Source of the DNA: the human T2T-CHM13v2.0 reference genome, Homo sapiens | Strand: one strand, 5' to 3' | Length of the DNA stretch: 64,000 nt | NCBI RefSeq assembly: GCF_009914755.1 | Contig: NC_060930.1 | Shown: piece by piece, positions 30,679-41,730 of the stretch | Numbering within the stretch: position 1 is the stretch's first letter | How the letters are laid out: every line of letters begins with the position of its first letter | The notes under the pieces: generated by a model | Databases searched by the model: none | The model's input: the letters and a program-made list of their open reading frames with translations, nothing else | What the model was told of the DNA's origin: nothing | Made by a program: the position numbers and the translations under genes

Positions 30679-30691
30679 ATGGACAACGCCG
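30679..30691 (+). CDS. PHACTR2: First coding segment (M-D-N-A + first base of V) of phosphatase and actin regulator 2; remaining exons lie beyond the window
   Basis: Strong Kozak GACATGG; ATG GAC AAC GCC G then donor |GTGGGT (phase 1). Matches recalled PHACTR2 N-terminus MDNAVDGLDKASIANSDG. Identity rests on 4 residues plus promoter context. Confidence 0.8.
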
Positions 30692-33600
30692 GTGGGTAAA
30701 TCAAGCATGAATTCTTCATAGCTGCTGGCTTCCTTTGCAGCCCGCATCCTTTACTGCGGAAGGTTTGCCTATTTGTTGCTCTCGTTTTGCACTTAAATGT
30801 TCAAGACTGAGACGCGTGTAATATGTGAACCCCGATGCATTGTCCACAAGACAATTAGTGTTTACTTTGAAGTTTAGGAACTGGGAATGCAGATTGTATT
30901 CCAAATTCACCTTTTGTGAAGACTACTGCTATTTTATTTAGGCTGAAGCAAGTGTGGTGTTTGATTCTTTTGTGCTCAGAGCGATGGGTGGAAAATGCAT
31001 ACAGTTAGTGAAAAAACTATTACTAAGGGATGGCACAAGGTAGATGGAATTAAGTTAATGAGCTGAGCAAAAATTCTGTGTAAATATTACAATATGCACA
31101 GTGTAACAGCGTAAGAGCTCTTTGGTCTGATGCTTTCATCTTCACGTTAGGATGCAATGTCGAAAATGTTTCGATAGCCTCTGATATTTTAATTTCAGAA
31201 TAGAGACATTAGTGGTCAATTGTGAACCTTTAAAAATGTACTTATTTTTAGTATCTTTACTTGATAACTAGACAAACAGATGATTGAAGTATGTTAATGT
31301 CAATTAAATAATTAGCATAAAATTATCAGGTGGAACTTTTTTCTTTTTACTTTGCTGTATTGAACTTTTAGAGGAGATATACTGTGAGATCATGCCCCAT
31401 TTCAGTGTTGTCGGCACTCAAGCAGAATTCTCCCAGCTGTGTTATGGATTATCTGTCTCCTGAAGCTCATTAGTTCAGTTACGCAGCTGGTATCAGCTTG
31501 AAGGTGATGCTTCCCATGCCTTGAGACACGGTCAGCTCTTCTAAGAGGTTACATCATTTAAAACACATTCTACACTACAAGACCACCCATTGATGGTGAA
31601 ACATATTTGTTTATGAAATTGAGCTAGTTCAGTCCTCGGCGCAGGTAGCATAGGCTAGCAGAGATTTTAAAGTCAGCGTGTATTAGGTTCTTTTATGAAA
31701 TAGCTTACCAGGAACAAAACTCTGTGACTAACATTATTTGGTCATTGCCATTGAAGATATTGAAATAAAGTGGAACAGTAATATCAGGGATGAAAATGTT
31801 AGGGTGGTGGAAGAAATGAAACAAGTGTAAGGATGTGTGTGTAGTAGTAGCAGGAGTGAAGCTGGATGCATGTATATGGATTATACCCCCATTCTGGTCA
31901 TTAAAAAAAATGTACTATAGGGCTTGTCATAAAAGCAGGTAGGTATGGTATTCCATGACAAGGCACAATTTGAAGATCAACCAAAAGCTTCTCTAATTAC
32001 AGCGGTAGAGTGAGTAAAAATTAAATAAATAAACTTAGAATCTCTAATTTAGCCTCATTTAAAACTTCTGCCACCCACAATTTATTATACTGACATTCTG
32101 GCAGAACGATCACTTTAATTCAAGTAAATGCCTTTTTAAACTGACTCATATATTTATTTAAAGGCCATTTAAAAAAAGGAAAGAAACTCCTGTGGCAGAC
32201 TTTATGTAGGCTTAAAAATGCTAAGGGTTATTTTTCTTTTTTGGGTAACTAGAGCTTTGGGGGATGTTTTCACAATCTCTAGTTATGTTATTAAATGCAA
32301 TTAATAAAATACCTCTGCTCTTGATGAGTTTAAGATTATTTAAACACTGTGGAGAGTGGCTTGCAAAGTAGCAATTTCTATATCATTTCAAATTTTAGGT
32401 GTAATCTCAAATATAGCCATACATACCTTTGAATAGAATAACGGGTTTTAAATCACATAATTTGAATGCTTCAGAAATAGCATGTTTCTTATAATGGCTT
32501 ATAATTGGCTGTCAGTGATCACTTTTCATGGTAATTTTTTGATGAGGTAAGCAGCCTCTCTTACAGGAGGAAAATGTAAACATCCATTATATACAGACAT
32601 TTCAATACATTATATTGACTGTAAGGGAAGCATTTAAGATAAAACTGGTAAGTGGCAAAAAAAAAATCTGAAAAATCTGAAATAACTTGGAGCACTACAG
32701 TTTCTCCAATTTAATTTAAAGAAGATAATGATGTTGAGTATTTGCCTAAATTTTTCTAATCAGAAATGAATTGAGGCCCTGGATTTCAGAGCTAGTAGTT
32801 TAGAGCGGGGCACTCGTACTGACAACTGGATCATTAGTTTCAAGGAGCCAGACCTTCTTCTAGCAAGGCTTTCTGTGTGGGAGTTTGGATAATTGACAGG
32901 CAGAAGCACAGCAATGGGTCCACACAGGTTGAATGTCCCTCATTTATTCAAGTCACATAGAACGCCGCATCAGGATATTTGTGCATGGTTTCTGCTGTTA
33001 ACAAGTAAAGTAAGATGAGCTGCTTGGGACTCTGGCCCTTTTGGTGGGTGTGTGTACATTTCAGCTATCATGGCATTGTGAATCTGTCCTTTCTCTCCTT
33101 AGCAGCAAAGAGCTGACATTCCTACTATCTCAGAGAAGGAGACATCCCTTCCCCATAATTGCTGGCTTCTGTACTCCTTTAAAAGCTTTTCCTGGAATAA
33201 CAATAAAATATTTATCAAACTGTGTGTGTGGAATATGTCAGGGCAATTTTAGCAATATCTAACATTTTCTTCTTTTTTTTTCAAATGGCTATTTCTTCTT
33301 AGAAGTTATATAACAAGTCAAATAGATGGTGCTTTAGAATGGCACACCTGTGACTACAAGCATCATCAGCATTCTGCCAGTGCCACTATCCTCCTTACCT
33401 CCATCAAGTGGTTCTCGTGAATGAACTGTGATAAGACATTCAGAGGCAAAGTTGATTGGTGTGTGTTTTTTATCTGAAACACAATTTTTGAAATGTAATC
33501 CCATATTCTACAGTGCAGAGTACTGTTAAAAAAAAAAAGTTCTGCAGAATTTATTGTGTTGGGTTTTCCCTACTTGATATCAAGATATTTCAGTTACCAT

Positions 33601-33809
33601 GTGTGGGTTGAAAGAGCCACACTCATTTGGAGGGGAGGTGGCAGCTGCTGAGAGCCCCTGCGCCTTCACCGTGCATTCTAGCTCAGTGGTTCAAAGCCTT
33701 TTGACAATTGATGTACATTCATTGAGTTTGAGAAGGTCACAGTCTGCCAGCTCCCTGCAAAAGAGACTCGAGAGTTATTTGGAGCCAGACTGAGGAAGGG
33801 TTTGGAGTG

Positions 33810-34040
33810 GAGTAGTCGAGAGCATCAGATAATTTTAGCTGAACGTTGGCTCTGCTACCTGTCATCCCAGTGACTGTGAACAAGTAATAGAAACTCTATG
33901 CATTTAATTTTCTCATTGGTAAGGGGTGACAATAATGGTACCCATCTCATAGGATTGCTATGAGGAGAAAATAAGATAACTCCTGTAAAGCTTTTGGTAC
34001 AATGGCTGGCATATGGCAGCATACAATGCATGTTGGCGTT
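33810..34040 (+). mobile_element. MIR
   Basis: GGCTCTGCTACC..GTGACTGTGAACAAGT..TTTCTCATTGGTAA..ATAATGGTACCCATCTCATAGG. Confidence 0.7.
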
Positions 34041-35290
34041 TTAGAGAGTCATCAAAAGATTGAAGCAGGTTGCTTTATGAACAAATAAATATATGCTCCA
34101 GCAGCGTGGCTCTGAAAGTGGTGTGGATGACAGTGTGGGAAAGTGAGCAATTCTGAGCAAAGAGACTAGTCAAGTGGCTGTCTCAGAAGTAGAACTGGAA
34201 ATTTATGTGGGTGGTGCAATGGGCATGGGGTTGGGGGATGCATTGGATATGCATCAGCAGAGCACGACGAGTGGATATGGAGGCAGGGAGAACTGCAGCA
34301 GTCAAAGGAGACCCTGGAGGTTTCCCGTTAGAGAATTTAAGACAGTAGTCCTGCACTACTGAACACAAGATGAGTTTTCAGAGAAAGACAGTGAGTTCCA
34401 TTTTGACATTGTTGGGTTTGAAATACCTTGTGTGTTGCCCACTAGCCATAGTAGTTGGTTCACTGATGACTATTTAATCCACTTAAAGGATTAAAAAGGA
34501 TTCCTGCCTCCTCTCCCTCCAGTCTGTGGGAGATTCTATGGGATGGTACAGAGAAAGGAAACTTTCAAATGCTTCATCTTTTTTTATAGATGGAAATAAG
34601 ACCAGGCAAAGAGAAACATGCTCCTAAGCATTGCAATAATTAGGGTAAAGGCCAGGCTGTCACATAAGAAAATGTAAGCACGAAGACATTTCATTTCAAG
34701 CTGGTTCAAAACCTTAGCAGCCCAGGTTGTCATGCCAAAGTTCCTGAACAGCTAAAGATGGTGACTCAGGAGAAGGGTTACCTAATGGGGCAGAGATCCA
34801 ATAAGAATGCATATGTTTTGAAAGAGGATGCTTTCTAGAATATTTGACTATGTTTGCAAACTCTATTTTTTGCAATTAAAATTTTGTTTCCTCTAATCCT
34901 CCACTTTCATGATCTCTTGGTCTTACTATCTATAATTTTGTTAACCATGATACTTTTTAGAAATTTATTAATGTTATATATACACACACACACGTACATA
35001 ATATGTACACATGCATTTGCATGTGTATTGTTAATATATGTACGTATGTGTGGATTCTTTATTTAGGGGATTGTCAGCCTTGATGTAGGGGAATGTAATG
35101 TTGCTAGCTCTTCTAAAAAACTTGATAAAAAATTAGAACAGATTTTCTTTTAAATTAAAAAAGAAACTCATTCTTATCCTCTGAAATGCCCTTTATGTTG
35201 TAAAGATTATTATTTAACATTTTATTAACTACCAAGCAAATGACAGTATTTTCCTTTGAATTTATTGTGAAACCCATTGTGCTATTTTAG

Positions 35291-35644
<354 letters not shown>

Positions 35645-36310
35645 CATGTAAAGATATTTTTCTAAGCAAAAAGTTAAAATTTGATAAATAATCTGTTTTT
35701 TGGAGCATCTGTTTTCAAAATGCTAGTATTACCAAAATAACTGTTTTAAAATAAAAATGCCAAAAGGAAAAATCAGTTCATATATAAACATAAAAGTACT
35801 GTGAAAGTGGGACTAAATTTTCTTCCTAGTTTTACTCTAATAGTGTAGTGACTGTGACCTCCTGCGAGTAAACTGACAGTCATGGCCCAAGAGTGTGCAG
35901 AAGCAGGACAAAGTCTTTGTTTTTGAAATGAAGTTTTTACTTTTGTTTCAGGATCACTGGAATTTGTTCTGAGCGTTTCTTTCTTTGCAAACGCTCATCT
36001 TTCCAAAGGCAGAATGAATTGTGATTTTTCTGTATCACCAAGATGAAATAGAAATCCTTGTCAAATGGCTTCTGTCGAGAACAACTGTTAGAAAAGATAT
36101 AAAGCACAAGCAAAAATGCATTTTGGTGATAGAGGAATCAGTAATCAACATTTTCTAAATTATACGCCATTCCATATTAATTCCACAGGTTATTAAATAA
36201 ACTCCCCAACCCACCTCCACACACAAAGAATTTAGCATTCAGGCAATTTTAAGAATTGTTGAGTTTAACAGCATTCAACAGGTTTCTTAGCATGTTAAGA
36301 AACATGCTGA

Positions 36311-36696
<386 letters not shown>

Positions 36697-36858
36697 TTAA
36701 CCTCAGGTTCTCCAGGGGATACCAAGTTACAAGGTAGATAACTCCAATTTGGAATGCACTGTTAAGATCCCTTCATTCACAGTTTCACTTTCCATTTTTA
36801 CCTTATTCTTCCTCTCCGGAGTTCTTCTCAACTTCCTGTTTCCAAATATAGGAAGCCA

Positions 36859-37076
36859 TTTTTGGTAACTAGCAAAGTTACCAAAAAGTTACTTTTGGTA
36901 AGTAACTTTTAACATAGATATTTAATTTCTAAACAATCAAGCATTCATACTTCCATAAGTATGTACATTTCATGTACATGAAATTCCATTGCACATGTAC
37001 ATGAATATGTACATTTCATGATACTTAACTTCCATAAGTATCAGTGCTTGATTGTTTAGAAATTAAATATCTGTGT
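36859..37076. repeat. Nested inverted-repeat/palindrome cluster
   Basis: 41-bp arms 36912-36952 / 37036-37076 (3 mismatches); perfect 18-bp palindrome 36967-36984; three overlapping short hairpins 36859-36910. Confidence 0.92.
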
Positions 37077-38388
37077 CATCTATGTCCAGGATTTCTCTTC
37101 TCTTTCCTTGCCTCTAACCTTTCACTGCTCATAAACATCACCATCAGATGAAGTAAAGAAAGAAAGGGAGCTAGGCCTTGAACCTGCTTTGGAAAGGAGT
37201 GGAATTCAATGACATCTATGAGATTGGGGGTCATGCACAGATTTTATCTATCCAAATGTAACAATTCACATGAAATGTTAAAAATAGATGATGCAAGATG
37301 TTATATGTAAAAAGTCAACTTCAAAGTTCTATTTTTGTAAATCAGGTACCAAGAACATATATAACAAAGGCAAATCATATTTAGCTAAATGTCAAATGTC
37401 TTAAAAGGAAGGAACCTTACTTTTTTGAGTGTCCATTATGTCCTAGGCATCAAGTTAGGTATTTTACACATGTTACATCATTAATACTTGCAGTCATTCT
37501 GTAAGTAAATATTATCTCCCCCAAGTTACATATAAGTGGCTGAGGCTAAGAGCTCACCCAATAAATAAGCCAGTAATTTATAAACTTGAATCTAGCCTTT
37601 TGTAACAATAGCAAAATTCAACTCATCATTTTTCATGTTGTTTTACTGCTTTAAGAGTGGGGATTCTTGGTCTTTGTGTTTTCCATAGCATTGAGCACCG
37701 TGCTTGGGCTGTAGTAAGTGTATAGTAAATGTTTGCTGAATTAAGTCAACAAACATTTAATGACGTTTAATTAAGTTGGAGCAATTTTTTTAAAAAGCAA
37801 ATTAATTTGTAAATATCAATGTCATATGATCTTATTATACATCTGAATACCCTCTTGGATAGAAGTTAGTATATGGATAAGACAAAATATAGTTGTGAAG
37901 TGTTTCTTTCATAAACATTCATAAATTTATGACAATTTATAAAATAGAATGCTTTTTGATAGAGCCCACCTATGAAATCTGTTACCATTGTAAAAAAAAT
38001 TATTCAAAATTTTCATTTGAAAGATGTGATAATATTAGAGTCATTAACAAAAATTATGGAAAGAGCCTTTCCCATATGTTTTTAATGATATTTAAATGAA
38101 ATGCAGACACACCTTTCTGGAATATGAAAGAATTTTACTTTTTCTCTCTTCTTCTTCCAGAGAGATCATGATTAGAGGGAAGACCACAGAGTACCTGTGC
38201 CTTTGTCTCATCTGACCACACCTGTGCCTGAATAGTCCTTTTTCTTTCACTAGTAATGCTAACACGTTACATTCCACATGACTCTTTCCAAACTCTGTAC
38301 TACTCTGTGAACCAGTACAAGATTTGACAAACACACAGTGAAACAATAATCTCATTTAAATTTTGATATCTATGTCAAGAGAAGCCAT

Positions 38389-38446
38389 AGTTTCAAAGTT
38401 TCAGTTTCAGGTTTCAGAGCTATGGTTTCAAAGTTTCAGGGTTTCC
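38389..38446. promoter_or_regulatory. GTTTC-rich degenerate repeat containing an ISRE core
   Basis: AGTTTCAGTTTC at 38397-38408; seven GTTTC half-sites in ~58 bp. Confidence 0.4.
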
Positions 38447-38904
38447 TACCACTTGGTATAAAGTATCTGCCTAATTGTTTTTATAGGTAGCTCTTTTATT
38501 ATTTTTATAGATAATTCCCAACATCCAGCTATCTCCCCAAAATTATTTTGAATTTTTTTCACATAAACCAATTTTTTCCAAATATTTAATCTTCTAATTA
38601 GGAATAGTGATTGAAATTGTGCCTCAGGACTGGACTTTAGAATCATAATTTCCTTTCTTAGACCTGAATCATTCAGTCCTGGCACAGCATTTATACCTTT
38701 ACAGGTGTCAAGTTCAAATCCTTATATTTATTGTTATTAGTAATGATTATATTTGACTTATTAACCTGTATCTTCTGTTATTTTCCATGTATCCTCTACA
38801 TCTACCAGTCTGTTCCACGTCTGTTCTGTATCCACAAAAGCATTTGTACCTTCATTCTTGCTGTTCTTCCCACCTAGAACGCCTTCTCCTCCTTGCCATT
38901 CAGT

Positions 38905-39520
38905 CGTTAATTCATCCATACATCCTGGTGATGTTTCCTGGTCACCCACTCTGTGCCACGCAATGTCCTAGTTAGTGTGGATATGAGAGAATGAAACGGA
39001 GCTTCTGTCAGCATGCTCCTTCCTTCTAGTAGAGAAAGCAAAATTAGTAATGAATAGACAAAATGCTTGGGGTTGTGATCAGTGCTGCTAAGTTAATCAA
39101 CTGGTATTTGGATAAGGAATGAGGTTGGGGTGGAGGCTACGCCAGACTCGGTAGTCAGAGAAAGCTTCCTAAGGAAGTGGCATGCAGGCTGAGGCCTAAG
39201 GAATGAAAAGGAATCAGCCACGTGAGAGCCAGGGTAAAAATGTGTCAAGCTGAGTGGCTGGCAAACACACACGCCCCCAGACAGGACCTTGACTGGGATG
39301 TCTGAGCAACAAGGCCAGTGTGTCTGGGGCCTGATGAGAGGTAGGGGCCTCAGACCAATCAGGGAGGGCCTTGAGGCTTGGCCTCTGTCCTACCAGCTTT
39401 CAGGAGCCTTTGAAGGGTTTTACGAGACTGGGAAGAATGGACTGGAAAGAAGTAAGAGTGGAAGCTCCTAAGAATGAAATCCACTTAGAAGGCTCTTGAT
39501 GGAGGTGGTGGCAGTGGGGA
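38905..39520 (-). mobile_element. L2 fragment
   Basis: TTCATCCATACATCC..CACTCTGTGCC..TTCTAGTAGAG..GTCAGAGAAAGCTTCC..GGAATCAGCCACGTGA, typical L2. Confidence 0.65.
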
Positions 39521-39774
39521 AGGGGAGAGGAAACTTACTTCAATCCCAGCCCTGTGTCAAGGCCCAGCACATATCCCATCTTACAACGTCTTCCCAACTG
39601 GTCTCCAAGCCCTGAATTTTCTCATGACGCTGATGGAATTCAACACCCAGTTTTGTACTTACTGAAAGTTCATCTGAGATTACTCTCCAGTTGAGTCTTC
39701 CCTTCCCAACCAGATTTAAAAGTCTTGAGGGCAGATGCCACATCATAGACATCTTTTATGTCTTCCAAAGAGTT

Positions 39775-39955
39775 AGAGTGGTCATTCTCAACTCTAGCTA
39801 CTCATTAGAATCCCCTGGAAATCTTTTAAATACCCATCTCTGTGCCCCACCCTAGACAAATTCAGTCCGGGACTTTGGAGTGGGGTCAGGACATTGGTGT
39901 TTGTTTAAAAGCTCCCCACTATATTCTAATGAGCCATGAGGGTGACAACCACTGT
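39775..39955. mobile_element. MER5A (hAT-Charlie)
   Basis: TTCTCAACTCTAGC..CATTAGAATCCCCTGG..GCTCCCCACTATATTCTAATG..ACAACCACTG. Confidence 0.7.
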
Positions 39956-40623
39956 TAGAGTCCTCTCTCTTTCTCTCTTTTCTTTCCCCTTTCTCTCCCT
40001 CCTTCCTCCCTCCAGTCTAGCAGGCCAGTCTAGCTGAGATTTTGTGCTTGGGAATTATCTGCTTCCAGGTGAGATGTGAGGCTGTGAGATTAATGAGACC
40101 TCCAAGGAAATGGCTGAAAGAAAAGAGCAGAGGTGAAATACTGCTTCCAGGCAATGTATCAGGATAGGAACAACGGAAACTGAAGCCAGACTTTCTATAA
40201 TCCACCCTTGTGGAGTCTGTAGACTGGATCAAAGAAGGTGGTTACGGAGAGACTTAGTCACCTACTTCCTAATCAGGAAGGTTGGTTTCTTTTCCAACAT
40301 CTTAGAAGCAAATTAAATACTAAAAGTGAAGATTCACCACAGTGGCAAAAACTATTTCTAAAGAGACTACATGTGAAATTTAACTAAAAAGAGATGTTAA
40401 ACATCTCTTGTCAAATTCTGTATAATAGAAGAGGTACATTATTAGACCCCCAAATAGCACTGCTATGATTTAATCATCACTAACTGTATCTGTACCAAGA
40501 GGCTGGGTCAGAGCCACGATTAGACATCGATGCTATATTTGCTGTATCCATGTGACTTACCACAGGCGCCCTGCTTTTTAGTGATAGAGAAATAGGTCCT
40601 GTTCCACCTTGTACTTCCTGCTC

Positions 40624-40626
<3 letters not shown>

Positions 40627-40665
<39 letters not shown>

Positions 40666-40666
40666 C
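40627..40666. repeat. (CA)n microsatellite
   Basis: ~20 CA units with one interruption. Confidence 0.95.
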
Positions 40667-41466
40667 TCCAGAATGAGTTTCAGATCATTTTAAATTGATA
40701 GTGACCTTAAATATTAAAGCCTAGGGATGCTTTGATAACTTGCTTTTCTGGCGTTTTGGTTAATAAATGGTGTTTTTTACAACACGGTTAATATATGCTT
40801 TCTAATAGAAACAGCGCAATTTAGTAAAACCATCTTTTACAATGTTTGACTTAACTACCTCACATGGTCATGAGCATCACTTGAGAAGGTGTCAGTGTCA
40901 GAGGGTTTTAAACTCCAAATGTTTATACAAGTGAAGCATCTAGTATTGGGAGGATCCACCAGGGACTGGCAGGGGAGGCTGGGGGGGATAGGGGTTGAAT
41001 GTTTCCCTAACTGCCCCTCCTGCTCCAGCCCCCACCATTTCTCCCCAGACCCTCTCACTTGCATGTCCCCTATTGCCATATTGCAAAGCCTCCTCCTTGT
41101 CTTAGCCTCAGCTCAAGTGTCCCCGTTTGCTCCAAACCATCCTCAACTCCTCTGGATAGAATGAGTGTTCTCACTCCTCTCCTCTCCTCCCCGAAAACTC
41201 TCTTCTACCCCTGTTGGAACACGTAGCAGATATACCATCATGCTGCTTCACGTGCTCCTCAAGAACAGGGCCACGTCTCCTTCTTGAGCCTTATACTAAG
41301 TACTGTACCTGGCAGAGGAGGTGTGTTCCATAAGCAGGCAAATGAATACACTAGCTGAAATCAAGCCTGAGCTGTGTCTTTTATTGTGTGCTACTACTTA
41401 TATAGAAACTCTGAATTAATTCTTACTGGAATTGAATGCTGTGGCCATATGCAATTTAATATGAGC

Positions 41467-41730
41467 AGCAGTTCTTCAACTGAGGAGCCCATTAGAATCA
41501 CTTGTGCAATTAAAATCTTCCTGCCTGTCTGTCTGTCCATCCATCCATCCATCCATCTACCTGCATGCTTACCTACCTGTGATCTATTTTTCTGTCTACC
41601 TATCATTGATCAAGAGCCCTACCAGCCCCACTCCAGACCTAGTTAATTCAGAATCTCCCATGGGAAGAAAGGGGTACTTTTAAGAAATGCTTCACAGATG
41701 ATTCCTCTACGCCCTGGTGAGACCCATTAT
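41467..41730. mobile_element. MER5-type element containing (CTGT)n/(CCAT)n repeats
   Basis: CAGTTCTTCAAC..CATTAGAATCACTTG..CCCCACTCCAGACC..CAGAATCTC..GATGATTC. Confidence 0.6.

Noticed and set aside
30530-30840. CpG island at the promoter
   Set aside because: Only modest CpG enrichment over ~300 bp; not clearly a canonical island
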